A stretch of DNA of 64,000 nucleotides. Source: Podarcis bocagei. Taxonomy: Eukaryota. Both the position numbers and the translations under genes were made by a program. The notes below the pieces were generated by a model, which had not been told where the DNA came from, searched no databases, and saw nothing but the letters and a program-made list of their open reading frames with translations. This document shows positions 1 through 12,545 of the stretch, in pieces (position 1 is the stretch's first letter; each line of letters starts with the position of its first letter). The DNA is taken from assembly GCA_964188305.1 (NCBI GenBank), contig OZ076889.1, one strand, 5' to 3'.

Positions 1-403
1 GCTAACAAGCGGCCTCCCCAGCAGAACTGCTTCGAAGTGCAGCTGCCCAGCCGCCACAGACACCAGCGGGCGTCGCTCCTGAGGCGCCTCCGAGCCCCTG
101 CTGTCACAACTGCCCTTCCTGAGGTCAGTTGCCGGCAGCTCCATGGTGGAAATCCGAACTGTGGCTCTTTTTCCCTCTTCCACACCCCTACCCCAGAATA
201 AAAGATTGCTGCGCACACAACAGAGAAGGGGCTTGGCTCAAGCAGCCGCCCGCCTCACTTTTCACCCCCAAGCCTGGCTGAGTCGCAGAAACCATCACGT
301 GTGTGCGCTATGCCAGCTGCCTGGATTCCCAGACCATCCACGGCCGGATCTAGAAGGCAATTGGGCCTGATCTGGCCCGTGGACCTTAGTTTGCCGACCC
401 CTG
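1..403. mobile_element. hAT-like non-autonomous DNA transposon, right end (truncated by window edge)
   Basis: Ends in agtttgccgacccctg (388-403), the reverse complement of CAGGGGTCGGCAAACT, a typical hAT-type terminal inverted repeat. The interior is GC-rich. Confidence 0.5.
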
Positions 404-671
404 AATTAGACTATCGGGTACGCTTAGCATTCCTTTCAAAATTGGCAAAGCAGACATGGGGAGCAGCTGAAAGGGGAAGGGGTGCTGGGACTTGGTGATC
501 TAGTTTCCTAGATATGTTGAAGTTTAAGGAGGTGGTACTTGCAGTTGTCAAGATCTGTGCAAGAAAAGGTCACAGAGTTGTCATCACTCCATAGCTCATT
601 TGTTGTTACAGTAAATGAAGGGGATGGGAATGGGAACTTTTGATTTTGATAAAGTAGAACTCCTCCCAAAA

Positions 672-735
672 GGAAGGGAAGGGAAGGGAAGGGAAGGGAA
701 GGGAAGGGAAGGGAAGGGAAGGGAAGGGAAGGGAA
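672..735. repeat. (GGGAA)n pentanucleotide microsatellite
   Basis: Visible tandem gggaa units; explains the FPSLP-repeat ORF 596..793. Confidence 0.95.
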
Positions 736-1162
736 AGGGGGTTGGTGAATAATGTTCTGGCTTATTCATGTTGTGGTTTAGCATGATGGGCAAACTTCAT
801 GTATGTGAATAAAGATGGGGAGCATAATAGGCTCAATCAATCCATAGGATCTATTTATTAATTTATTTAACAAAATTTATATACTGCTTGATTATAGAGA
901 AACAGCAACCTCTAAGCTGTTTGCAAAAAATACTAAACATTAAATTTCCCATTAAAAACAGTTAGAAGCAGGTATTTAAAAGCATCAACAAGATTCTTAA
1001 AATGAACAAAAGAGATTAAACGCATTTAACTTCTACATGTCTGGATAGGCTTGCCTAAACAAAAATGTTTTAAGCAGGTGCTGAACAGATTACAGCAAAG
1101 GTGCCTGCTTGATGTCAATATGAGGGGAGTTCCGAAATGTAATATTATGTAGTACTTTTGAA

Positions 1163-1419
1163 CAGTGGCATAGCAAGGTCAGATGGTACCCGGTGCGGAA
1201 AATTTCTTGTCCCTCCCCCCACACATATTGAAATTCTTAAAAGAAGGAAAAATAAGATACAGTGGAAAGTGTAATTTTTGGGTTTATTTACTTAACATTG
1301 TGAGCATAAGCACTTAAAACCGTTTTTTCCTAACTTTGTTCTCTGCAAATTTTGAAATCACATCATCAATTCCTTTTGCTACTTTGTTTTCAATTGACAA
1401 GATGGCTAAGCCAGAGAGC
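1163..1419 (-). mobile_element. hAT transposon 3' remnant (C-terminal dimerisation-domain fragment plus putative TIR)
   Basis: Minus strand 1419-1314 reads LSGLAILSIENKVAKGIDDVISKFAENKVRKKRF*, resembling hAT transposase C-termini. A cagtggcatagc TIR-like end is at 1163. Confidence 0.5.
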
Positions 1420-4400
1420 TTTGCCGATCTCAACCTGATGCCCTTTCTGATTCTGCTGCCAGTCTTTCTCTTCCTGCCTCCACTCCCCGAAAACGTTTGC
1501 TATGCATCTAGGCCTGTGATATAGCGAAGACCAAAGAAAGGGAGAAAGGGCTGGCCTTCCTGTTAGGCAGGGAGACGAGGCTGCTTCAGGTGCTAAAGTA
1601 GGGGGGCAGAAGAGCAAAAGAGCAAAACCCAGCTGGGAAAAGAGGAATCTGCTTCAGTCTTGCTCTGTCGTAAGGAGCTTCCCAGGACCTTCTGAGCAGA
1701 GGCACATCAGATATGGAAGCTAGGAGCTAAATGGCACCTTAAACCTAGGTTATGGGCGCAACAACAGAATGTCTAGGCATACTTTTTTATAACGAATACA
1801 AAGCTGAAAATGAATGAACTGCAGCTAAAATCTTATGTTTGTTTTTCACATGCTCTAGTCCTTCTCCTGCCCACCCCACTAATATTCTGAAGAGGGTCTC
1901 TTCTCCATTCTTCAGAGAGTGGCTGGAAGTGGGGAGGCAGAAAAAGGTCCTCCTTTCCTTCCACTCTGCAGTTTTAATCTGAAATCTTAGGCGCAGTACT
2001 GCGACCAGAGCTCAGAAACTGCTTGCGCTAATGAAATTCCCTGTTGCAAAATGCGCCTAGAACAATGGGAGTTTCGAACGCTGGCCCCAGACTGGGGACT
2101 GCTTCTTGGATTATACTGGTCTGTTGATTTTTTGAAAGGTGTTCTTAAAACATCAGCACCAAATAGAATCTCTGGAGGAAACTGAAATCATTGGGGGATG
2201 AGGAAGAAGCAGAGGGGACCAGGGAGGCTGGTGGGGCTCAAGACCAGAGAGGAGGGGGAGCAGGAGCCAGGGGGGCAGGGAGGGTCTTGGCCAGAGCCAT
2301 CACAGGTTGCCTGGGGAAAGAGTGGCAGGCTCTGAGCAGCCTCAGTTTCCCCCACCTGTGAAACTGGACCAGCTGGGCAACAGGCTGTCGTGTTCACCCC
2401 CGCTGCAAACAAAAAGGCAGCACCAAAGGGAGGACAGTATTGTGACTTTATTGCATTGTATAATTTTTTTTAAAAATGAATTTGTCAGTGTTTGTCTTAT
2501 TTATGTTTATATGATGCTGTGTTTTATGTTAGAGATTGCAATAATGCTGTTTGTGATTATTGTGAAACACTTTGAGCTCAACATTTGTTTTTGGACAAGC
2601 GAAATACAAATATTAAATCAAATCAAACCCTGCTTTTCTTCCTAAGTTGCCTTTTACTTTGTATTTCTTTATTCAGCCTTTTTTTAAGGTGCAGAGGGTG
2701 ACAGTGGACTACAGCAGCCCTGCCATGTAGTCTGCTTTCTATACTGCACAGTGGGCAGCCTGAGGGAGTAACATAAAACAACGCTGTTGTGTAGACCACT
2801 TGTATTATTATGCTCTACTGCGGTTTGGAGGAGGATCGTGGCTGAGAAGGGTTTACAACAGCCACTCTCATTTTGCCCCAAGGCAGCTTGGTGCATGTGG
2901 CTGAGAGGTGGGCTGGCAGTAGGGGGCTCACAGCAACCCTGCAGTGCAGGCCACACTTTCTCCCCACAGGAGAGCTCTTTTCATAGCTCTGTAACTGGAA
3001 TTCCATGCAGGGAAGGCATGCCTCTGAGCATATACAGACCACAATCCCAGGCCCCAACACCCCATAGGGGTTGGGGGGGGGGAGTGAGTGAAAAAGTTGC
3101 CTCTGCTGCCTTCGGTCCGCCCATCCTTTTTGTCTCGCTTATCTTTGCTGGTATGCCTCCGCCCAAAGCCAAACTTCAAAGGCCCCTAAGGAGGTGCAGG
3201 GCTGCTGGGAGTAACCATCTGTCTCTCAAAGGGTGATGGGGGCTCCTCTCACCATGAACCCCAAGAAGAAAAAGGGCAGAACGCCTTCTTTGATGCTTGC
3301 ATGGCGTGTGACTTCTTTCTAAAAGCCCCTTTTCACATGACACTGTGCCAGGATTGGGGCCTCACGCCCCAAGACGGTGGGGGGGAGCGGGGGGGGGAGA
3401 GAGAAGCTTCATTTTGAAATGCACCATTTGTTTAAGGGGCATTTTTAAAAAGAAAGAAAGTTGTTTAAACACTAAGAAATGGGATGATAAGCTCTGGGGT
3501 TTGTGCCTCTATATGGATTCCAAGATACCTGATTGTTGGAGTTCAGAGGAATCCCTCATCTGGATCTTGTGTAGAAATGATTTTTCTTCACCGGAAGAGC
3601 GAGTTTCAAAGTTTTACTGCAGAACCGTCTTAAATACGAGTTACAATAAGATAAACATTACGAAATACCAAAGTAACACAATGCAAACAGTTATAGCTGA
3701 ATCCACCATGGGGGTAATGGACCCCTCAAGGCTTCTCCCCACCCCGCCATTTCCACTCCTGGAAAACCAGGGAATCTGCTGAATGCATTCCCGGTTCAAG
3801 GTGACATGCGCACAGCGGGCTCCCTGAGGAGGAGGCAGAGGCTGGGCTCCAGGGTCAGTGTCCTGGAGGTTCGGGCTTGCGCTGACCTCTCCCCACCCTC
3901 AGCCTCCACCCCCACCCTGCCCCGCTTCTCCTTTCCCGCCAGGGCAACCAGCGGCGGGGGCAGAAGGAGCGTGCCAGCGTTGTTTGCCCAAAGCCGCTGC
4001 TTTCTTTCGGGGACCGGGAGCAGGTGCGTTCAGCCGTCACCCCCCTCAAGATGGCACCCGGCCCGGCCCACCCCCCTTTCTCCACCACTGCTTTTGAAGG
4101 CTAATACCATTGTCCATTACCTGGACCAAAAACCTTTGAAATTTATTTTTTCAATATTTTTGGCAGTTTACATATGCTTATTCCAGTGCAAAGTCTCTCA
4201 ACAGAACTGAAATGAGTTCAATATCTTGGTTCTGCATTATGGTAATACTTTTTGAGGGATGGCATGGGGAGTGGGGTGGTAAGAGTCTTGCTGAATATAT
4301 CTTGTGTTCAGGGGGCATTTAATAGGATAGAAGTAAACGTGAAAGTCCTGACCTAGAGGAAATATTATAGTGTGGGCTTCCTTTTCTTTTTTTTTGAGAG

Positions 4401-4679
4401 AGAATCACTACTTTTCCATTGTTTGGTATCTCAGTAAGATGGTTAAATGCATCCTCTTCTAACGATAATTTTGGATATGTGATCCTGAGCATCTAATTAC
4501 TCCCACTTAATGTGTTATAGGAAATGCTTTTTTGACACCCTTGAGTCTTCCAGATTGAAATTCAGATCGGTTGTACTGTGCCCATAAAAATGGGGCACCT
4601 AAGATGTGAATGTGCTGGATTTTTACTTTCATCAGCCCTTTCTGGTCCTAACAATTATTATTTTGTATTTCATTTGCAG

Positions 4680-4711
4680 GCAGGCAGAAGTCCTGAAGGC
4701 TGACATGACGG
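4680..4711 (+). CDS. SMG7: SMG7 coding exon 2 (RQAEVLKADMTD)
   Basis: tttgcag|G...ACGG|gtaat, 32 bp; peptide matches the SMG7 N-terminus. Confidence 0.93.
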
Positions 4712-4769
4712 GTAATGAGCTTTGTTTTTCATTTCAAATCAGCCAGAAACTTGGGTGGTCTGCTTTCCA

Positions 4770-5016
4770 CAATTGCTGCCTCTGGATGTGAATGGGACCC
4801 GTTCCAGAGCCCTGTTCGCATCCTGAAGCGAACGCAACCCGCGTCTGCGTGGGTCGCAATTTGCTGCTTCTGCACATGCGTGTGATGTCATTTTGAGCGT
4901 CTGCGCATGCACGAGCAGCGAAACCCGGAAGTAACGCATTCCATTACTTCCGGGTCGCTGCAGAGCGCAACCTGAAAATGCTCAACCCGAAGCTACTTCA
5001 ACCCGAGGTATGACTG
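4770..5016. mobile_element. Tigger/Tc1-mariner-like MITE, degenerate left end
   Basis: Right end cccgaggtatgactg followed by TA; internal palindromes such as cccggaagtaa...ttacttccggg. Confidence 0.5.
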
Positions 5017-5432
5017 TAAAATACATGAACTAGGATCAGTAAACTGTGTTTTTCCTTTTAATGTGTGCCCTCTACTTCTGACAATGCTTCTGACAACTTT
5101 GAAATCTGCCCCCCTTTCTGCACCCAAAACACAAGAGATGTACTAGCATAACTCGCAAAATGGTGTTCGAGAAATTCAGAGCTAGGATAATGTGCCATCA
5201 TTATTGCAGAGTAAGCAATTTAATACACTGGTAAATTAATACAGTTTCCACATTTCCTTCACCCTGAGAAGTTTCAGACCAAAATCTTGCATTCCAGGGT
5301 GTTTTCAGCTGCAGCCTTTGCTGATGTAGAAAGGAAAGTGTTGTATCTCGGTGAATCCTCTTTTGAGGAAATGGCAAGGAAAATGCGGTTGTTGTGCTGT
5401 CCTAATAAAACCTTGATCTTCTTACTACTCAG

Positions 5433-5550
5433 ATTCAAAGTTGGGTCCAGCTGAGGCCTGGACATCCAGACAGGCTTTGCAGGACTTATACCAGAAAATG
5501 CTGGTAACAGATTTGGAGTATGCATTGGACAAAAAAGTGGAACAAGATCT
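5433..5550 (+). CDS. SMG7: SMG7 exon 3 (SKLGPAEAWTSRQALQDLYQKMLVTDLEYALDKKVEQDL)
   Basis: ctcag|AT...CT|gtaagt, 118 bp, phase-compatible with neighbours. Confidence 0.96.
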
Positions 5551-5980
5551 GTAAGTATCTTAAACTTGGGCATGTACTGTTTGTCAAAGAGATCCCTGAA
5601 ATTTTGGGCAGAATTAATGGCATATTCAGAAGATATTCTTTTATCTTTGAGTACGTCAGCTTAAAAAGTTTAACTGCTCTTAACGGAACTTTCAAGGTAT
5701 CACTTGGGGAATTATTTTGAAAAGGTGAAGTTTGACTGGAAATGTGGTTTGACATAAACCATAAATAATTCAGTGATTATTTTATTTCATTCTTTATATT
5801 ACATGTGGCTGGTAGTAACATGGGACAAATGTGTAATATAGTATTGAGCTAAAAGTATGTATTGTTATTTGGATGAACTGTTCACACGTGAAGCTGTTTT
5901 ATTGAAGGAGGCAGGGTTGTAAAGAGTGAGGCCTGCAGAGTGTCCCACATTGGACACTAAACTTCTCTTTCTTCCTATAG

Positions 5981-6113
5981 GTGGAATCATGCCTTTAAGA
6001 ATCAGATCACAACTCTACAGGGTCAAGCAAAAAACCGATCAAATCCAAATCGGAGTGAAGTTCAGGCTAACCTCTCTCTGTTCTTAGAGGCAGCTAGTGG
6101 CTTCTACACACAG
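5981..6113 (+). CDS. SMG7: SMG7 exon 4 (WNHAFKNQITTLQGQAKNRSNPNRSEVQANLSLFLEAASGFYTQ)
   Basis: tatag|G...CAG|gtgagt, 133 bp. Confidence 0.96.
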
Positions 6114-6913
6114 GTGAGTTGAGGGATTGCACTATGAGCATGGGGCATGGAAATGGCATAACTTCCATGGCACCAAATAGGTTTTGTATGTTTCTTTGCC
6201 CCCGCAAGATGTGGTAAAGACTACCCACCTAAACACCCTTAAAAGGGGAATAGACAAATTGACCAAGCTGTCAGTTGGTGCTTAGTCATGATGGTTGTAT
6301 GTGACCCCACAGTTTCAGAGGCATCCATCTTAAAATTCAGTTGCAGTGGGAGATGGCTGCTTGAGTCTTCCCATAGGCACCTGGCTAGCTACTGCAAAAC
6401 AGGATGCTGGCCTTTGGTCCAATCCAGAAGCACTTGCCTTTCGTTCTTACATGCATGTATATTCCATTTTGCTTTTTGCAATATCTCTCTTTTATAGAAA
6501 CATTAGGTACCCTATGGACATAACTGATACTGAGTTAGACTATTGGTCTGCCTTGTTTGACATTGTCTCCCCATAACTGCTTGCAGCTCTTCAAGGTCTG
6601 CCTCAGCCCTGCAGTCAAGAGAGTCATTTAACTGGAAATGCCATGAATTGAATCAGACCTTCTGCATTCAAATCATGTGTTTAGCCACTGACGTAAGGCC
6701 TTTCCCCTAATATTAGCTGAGGAGAGGTGAAATGAGTTTAGAATGATACAACATGACCTCTGTGTCCTTTAGATTTTCATGAACTTCTAAATCTTATATA
6801 GAAGTGAAGGTGGGCTTAAGGATAACACTCAAAGTTGACCAATTCCTTCAGGCTTTTCTACCTGATTGCTAGTTTTGCTATAACTATTAAAATTGATTGG
6901 TTTCTAATTTTAG

Positions 6914-7085
6914 CTACTGCAGGAGCTGTGCACAGTGTTTAATGTAGATTTGCCCTGTCGTGTGAAGTCCTCCCAACTGGGAATTATCAGCAATAAACAG
7001 ACGCACACCAGCGCCATTGTGAAGCCACAATCTAGCTCCTGCTCATATATATGCCAGCACTGCCTTGTCCACCTTGGAGACATTG
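6914..7085 (+). CDS. SMG7: SMG7 exon 5 (LLQELCTVFNVDLPCRVKSSQLG...CQHCLVHLGDI)
   Basis: tttag|CTA...ATTG|gtgagt, 172 bp; 14-3-3-like/Est1 TPR domain. Confidence 0.96.
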
Positions 7086-7167
7086 GTGAGTACCATGAAC
7101 ACAGACAGTAGAATCTGCAGGAGGAAGGTATACATAAGCTGTGCAGTGACAGTGGAAAATAGAGTTT

Positions 7168-7527
7168 ATAATAATAATAATAATAAATTTTATTTATATC
7201 CCGCCCTCCCCAGCCAAAGCCGGGCTCAGGGCGGCTAACAACAATAAAATAATCAATCAAATAATCACACAATCTAAAAATATTTCATTATAAAAATTAA
7301 TTAAATCAAATTGATGGCAACCAATTAAGTAGAATTATGTGCAGGTTGCCAGAGGAGGGAGTCAGGCTGCGCCCTGACCAAAGGCCTGGTGGAACAACTC
7401 TGTCTTGCAGGCCCTGCGGAAAGATGTCAGGTCCCGCAGGGCCCTAGTCTCTTTTGACAGAGCATTCCACCAGTTTGGAGCTGCAGCCGAGAAGGCCCTG
7501 GCTCTAGTTGAGGCCAGCCTAACCTCT
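7168..7527 (-). mobile_element. L2-clade LINE 3' fragment
   Basis: (TAA)n tail and tatcccgccctccccagccaaagccgggctcagggcggctaa terminus; the same terminus appears on the + strand near 46405-46470. Confidence 0.7.
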
Positions 7528-7726
7528 TATGTCAAGTATTAATAGCAATATGTAATTGTAAGGAGAGAATAGGAGCACCTGCCAGGTTGGAGTAAACAAG
7601 GCTCCTAGTCCAGCTCTATGTAGAATAATTGTCCACAAAACCTATTTATTTTAGAAATGGTGGGGTGTAGCACATTGACTAGTAGTGTAGAATGTTCTGT
7701 TTCAGCAGTTCTTCTTGATTTTTCAG

Positions 7727-7798
7727 CTCGCTACAGAAATCAGACCAGCCAGGCTGAGTCCTACTACAGGCATGCAGCTCAGCTTGTCCCATCCAATG
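7727..7798 (+). CDS. SMG7: SMG7 exon 6 (ARYRNQTSQAESYYRHAAQLVPSNG)
   Basis: tttcag|CT...ATG|gtgagt, 72 bp. Confidence 0.96.
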
Positions 7799-8111
7799 GT
7801 GAGTTTATGGAATGCAGTCTGTGTGGGTGAGCTTGCCAATTCTTGATCAGTTGTTTGCAGCATAATCCCACTGGTTCTGAGGAGCTTCGTTTCCATCTTC
7901 ATACTCTACTTCAACACTGAACTCCATGGAAGAAGGATGTCCATATACCACATTAATTCTATGGGATTGGCAATAGATAATAGAGCTAAAATGTTCATAC
8001 CTCATATCAACTGGATATTTATTTCATTATCATTCTTTTAATTTTTCTCCAGAGGGATCTCCATAGTGGCTTCCATTAAACAGTTTAATTGTATTTTATT
8101 ATCTATTAAAA

Positions 8112-8483
8112 GGGACGCGGGTGGCGCTGTGGGTAAAACCTCAGTGCCCAGGGCCTGCCAATCGCATGGTCGGCGGTTCGAATCCCCGCGGCGGGGTGAG
8201 CTCCCGTCTTTCTGTCCCAGCTCCTGCCCACCTAGCAGTTCGAAAGCACCTTTAAGTGCAAGTGGATAAATAGGTACCACTTTATTGCGGGAAGGTAAAC
8301 GGCGTTTCCGTGTGCTGCGCTGGTGCTGGATCGCCAGAGCAGCTTCGCCACGCTGGCCACGTGACCCGGAAGTGTCTGCGGACAGCGCTGGCCCCCGGCC
8401 TCTTAAGTGAGATGGGCGCACAACCCTAGAGTCGGACAAGACTGGCCCGTAAGGGCAGGGGTACCTTTACCTTTACCTTTACC
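8112..8483 (+). mobile_element. Sauria SINE, full length
   Basis: gggacgcgggtggcgctg head, B-box ggttcgaatccc, (ACCTTT)n tail, 12-bp TSD tatctattaaaa at 8100-8111 and 8484-8495. Confidence 0.9.
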
Positions 8484-8905
8484 TATCTATTAAAACCACC
8501 TACATATTTCCTCCCTCTTCAGGAAAGCTCTGCCATTCCATTGCTTCCAAACATGTCCAGTCCCCTGCTCAGGCTCTTCCTTTCTGTTCCTCCACCCCCT
8601 AAGTGAACCCTTTCTTGAATCAGAAAAAAACTTGCATTGCATCTGGAGATGTGTCCCGTGGCACAACCTGCTCTCTACATGTCCCTTTGCTTCAGTAAGT
8701 TATAACAGGAATGTTAGCAAGCCAGTTTTTGAAGCAATCCTCATTACTACATTAGGACTGACCTGCTTATTATTGACCATGGTCAAAAACTGTTACTCCA
8801 ATAGTAGCTGCTGCCTAGAATATGGCAAAATAACTGGCTTGTACTTACAGAGTGAGTCCTTTACTTTATCAGAAACTTTTCTTCCCTTTTAAAAAAAAAC
8901 TTTAG

Positions 8906-8941
8906 GTCAGCCTTACAATCAGCTGGCTATTTTAGCATCCT
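8906..8941 (+). CDS. SMG7: SMG7 exon 7, 5' part only (GQPYNQLAILAS); remainder lies in the N gap
   Basis: tttag|GT CAG CCT TAC AAT CAG CTG GCT ATT TTA GCA TCC T, then Ns. Confidence 0.9.
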
Positions 8942-9073
8942 NNNNNNNNNNNNNNNNNNNNNNNNNNNNNNNNNNNNNNNNNNNNNNNNNNNNNNNNNNN
9001 NNNNNNNNNNNNNNNNNNNNNNNNNNNNNNNNNNNNNNNNNNNNNNNNNNNNNNNNNNNNNNNNNNNNNNNNN
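8942..9073. other. Assembly gap (132 N)
   Basis: Run of n characters. Confidence 1.
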
Positions 9074-9479
9074 TAGGTAGTGAGATATCATTTATAAGCT
9101 TCAGGCTATTGCTACAATATAAATCTTTTCTCCAAGATGCTGCAATACTTATATGTGTGTCTTTTATAAGTAGTTCTCAAAGAACATCAAGTTACAAGTA
9201 AGTAATTTCTTTTCCTCTGTGCCTCCTACAGGTTAATAGTAGCAACAAAACATTTATTCTGCCCCTGTGATTGTAAATTTGATGTGACAGTGCCATTGAA
9301 TTTTCACACAAATTAGTTACAGACAGGGCAAGGTTTTGATATGTCAGTATACTTACGTTTTTGCAAAATGGGCTACAAGTATTTGCCGGAACACACAGTG
9401 GTTAAAAATAGAGGTGCAGGAGTGCATACAAGCTCTGCTGCCAGTGTCCCCACCCCAGACTCCTCTCAAACTTGTCAGA

Positions 9480-10260
9480 GTTCTTTATAATGTGACTGAA
9501 ACCACCTTGGTTGTGCTGGCCAGTGATCTCCCATGGGCTAGGGACAGAGGTGAAAGCTGTTTCCTGGTTCTGGATTTCTCAACAGCTTTTGATACCAACA
9601 TAGACCTCCTAAAAAACCTCAACAACTTTGACTCCCTAAAAAAACAACACTCAGCCACTTTGGTAGATCACTGCCAGTTTTTTAATAGTGGGAGTAGATC
9701 TCAGTCTCTTGAAAGTTGGACATGTCTGATCTATATGAAGCCGCTGGAGAGATAATCAGGGAGTTTGGGCTGGGTGCTCACCAGTACGCAGATGAATCCC
9801 TGCTGTATCTCTCGTTTAAATTGGAACCAGTGAAGGTTAAGAACATCCTGTGTGAGTGTCTGGAGGTGGTTGGAGGATGGATGGTGGTTAACTGATTGAG
9901 GTTGAATCCCGACAAGACAGAAGTACTGTTTCCGGGGGTCAGGTGTGGAGGACTCCCTGGTCCTGAATGGGGGTCACTGTGTCCTTGAAGGACCAGGTCC
10001 ATAGTCTGGGGGTCATTTTGGACTTGCAGCTGTCCTTGGACAGCAGGTTAATTTTGTGTCTAGGGTGGCTGTCTCTCAGCTCCATCTGATACGCCAGTTG
10101 AGACCCTGCTTGCCTGTGCTTTGTCTCTCCAGAGTGGTATATGCTCTGGTTATCTCCTGCTTGGACTACTGCAGTGCACTCTGTGTGGGGCTACCTTTGA
10201 AGGTGACTCAGAAACTACAACTAATCCAGAATGCGGCAGCTGGACTGGTGACTGGGAGCT
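9480..10260 (+). mobile_element. Degenerate L2-clade LINE reverse transcriptase fragments
   Basis: Peptide remnants ETTLV..DRGESCFLVLDFSTAFDT, LNPDKTE and LDYCSAL..GLPLKVTQKLQLIQNAAA. Confidence 0.7.
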
Positions 10261-10672
10261 TGCTTTTCACCTTCCTAACTCCATTGCTGAAGCCATTTCT
10301 CTATTTTATTCTGCAGCAACCACTTTCTCCCCTGTGTCCATCCTGCCTCTCCTTTCTTTTGTGCAATTCCATTATGCACAAACCACCCCCATAGTAACTT
10401 CCTGCATCTTTCTCCCCCATACACAATGCAACCACTAAGCACCATTTTCACCTTCCACCAAGTTATGAAGCCACCACCCCATCCTGTTCTTCAGACCCTT
10501 TCATGCCCCTGCTTTCATCTTCAGCCCCATGCCCATTCCCCCTACTCATTTTTTTCAAGTCCCCTTTGTACCCTCTTTCTCACATTTTTCCTCCACACTC
10601 CTTTTTTCAAGTCTTCCTTACAGAGATCACCCCATTTTTTTGTCTTCTCCCTCATATTGTGCTGCCCCCCCC

Positions 10673-10687
10673 GTGTGTGCGCGCGCA

Positions 10688-10718
<31 letters not shown>

Positions 10719-10719
10719 A
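10673..10719. repeat. Alternating purine-pyrimidine (GT/GC/CA)n tract
   Basis: gtgtgtgcgcgcgcatgcgcgcgcgcacacacac... Confidence 0.9.
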
Positions 10720-10921
10720 AAATCACTTTCACTCTCTTCTATTTCTTCCTTCCTCCTTTCTTAACTGTCCCTGGCACCCCCATTTCCATACTTCTTCCTG
10801 TTCCCTTCTGTGCAGCCTCCTTCATGCATGCACACAATACTGGCATATGCCACTGTATCCTTAAGATTAATAGAATATTAGCTTGTTCATTTAGAGAAGG
10901 TTAAGTGCAGCTGATGTTGGC

Positions 10922-11030
10922 ATTCATCTGTCTTGAGGGACAATGGAGTGCACTTCCAGGGGTGAAGTCAAACTGCTTCCAGGGGTGAAGTCAAACAGCG
11001 TCTTTTGTAGCTGTGGAGACCAGTAACTTG
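10922..11030. mobile_element. Unclassified interspersed repeat; second copy at ~59525-59780
   Basis: Shares catctgtcttgag..acaatgga..ccaggggtgaagtcaaactgct with 59527-59580; carries a local ~23-bp tandem duplication. Confidence 0.55.
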
Positions 11031-11038
11031 CGGAGACC

Positions 11039-11285
11039 AGAGCCAGTGTGGTGTAGTGGTTAAGAGCGGTGGACTCGTAATCGGGTTTGTGTCTCCCCTC
11101 CTCCACATGCAGCTGCTGGATGACCTTGGGCCAGTCACACTTCTCTGAAGTCTCTCAGCCCCACTCACCTCACAGAGTGTTTGTTGTGGGGGAGGAAGGG
11201 AAAGGAGATTGTTAGCCGCTTTGAGACTCCTTCGGGTAGTGATAAAGCGGGATATCAAATCCAAACTCTTCTTCTTCCTCTTCTT
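11039..11285 (+). mobile_element. tRNA-derived squamate SINE with (CTT)n tail
   Basis: A-box-like tggtgtagtggtt head, L2-like agccgctttgag 3' part, ctcttcttctt tail. Confidence 0.7.
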
Positions 11286-12228
11286 GTAACTGCTTGCTCC
11301 CACATTGTTTTTGGTGTGTTAGCAGCACCAAAGTGACCTCTTTGGGGCACAAGCTATATTTTCTAAATTACTTCATTGAATCTGGAACTTCATGTATGAA
11401 GACAACACATGATACCAGGAGTGAAAAATGTGTGGGAAGGTACTATAGAATATTTGGGTGGATGGGTATATCCTCACAGCTCCTTCATTCCTCTCCCATA
11501 TTCTCAGGGTCTTGCTTTATCCAAACCTCTGCTGCCATTTTAAATCCTGCCTTATCTTTTGCTTCCCCTCCACTATCCTGATTTCATGCAAGTCCAGGAT
11601 TGGGATGTAACACTCCAAATCCTCCAAAGGGGATGGCACAATGACAGCTTTATATTTTTATGTCTATAGGAAGATTGGTAAATGAACAAACTTGTCCAAA
11701 TGAATATATTTCCACCTACTTACTTGCATTTCCAAGTGGTGTACATAAAACAATCCACAGAAAATGGAACAAACAACAACAATTTTATTATTTATACCCT
11801 GCCCATCTGGCTGGGTTTCCCCAGCCACACTGGGCGGCTTACAGTAAACCAAATGCTACCTTAAAATGCCTGCTGGAGTGGTTAATTCCCAACAGTGAAG
11901 TGTTTTCTGCTGGATGGAGGCAACTTTTATTATTACTGCTTCTGGATTGTTGTCTGGGGAACACAACATGCCCTCAGGTTACACAGAGTGGCTGTCTGTG
12001 GTCTACACAAATGATTGAATTCTTTTAATTTGAGAGTTTCTAAATGTTAATACTGCTTTTTATCTTCAGTCTTGGGAAAAACTATCAATCAGAGCTACAG
12101 CCTCTCCTGTTTCAGAGACTCCAACTTTCTTAAAAGAGGGTGCTAGTCAGCAGCATGCATTTGTTTTGTGCCAGGGTTAGCTTTACAAAGACTAAAATTC
12201 GTGTGTTTTTTTATCTCCTTAATTGCAG

Positions 12229-12364
12229 TCGTGATGAGGTGAAGACTCAATGGGGAGTGTCTGATTTCATTAAGGCATTTATAAAATTCCATGGCCATGT
12301 GTATCTGAGTAAGAACTTGGAGAAATTGAACCCTCTCCGTGAGAAATTAGAGGAGCAGTTCAAG
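12229..12364 (+). CDS. SMG7: SMG7 exon 8 (SRDEVKTQWGVSDFIKAFIKFHGHVYLSKNLEKLNPLREKLEEQFK)
   Basis: ttgcag|TC...AAG|gttggt, 136 bp. Confidence 0.96.
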
Positions 12365-12400
12365 GTTGGTTTCACAGGATGTGCCCTGCTTTTCATGCTG

Positions 12401-12545
12401 AATCATAGAACTATACAGTTGGCAGGAACCACGAGGGTCATCAAGCCCAGCCCCCTGCAGTGCAGGAATCTTCTGCCCAATCTTTTGCTTGAACCCACAA
12501 CCCAGAGATTAAGAGTCTCATACTCCACCAACTGAGCTATCCAGC
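12401..12545 (-). mobile_element. tRNA-Lys(CTT)-derived SINE with CR1-like 3' tail
   Basis: Minus strand reads GGATAGCTCAGTTGGTGGAGTATGAGACTCTTAATCTCTGGGTTGTGGGTTCAA (tRNA-Lys-like), then a CR1-type end ...ttctatgatt. Confidence 0.7.

Noticed and set aside
12488-12545. tRNA-Lys(CTT)-like sequence
   Set aside because: The acceptor stem and 3' end are missing and it is joined to a CR1-like tail. It is a SINE head, not a tRNA gene.
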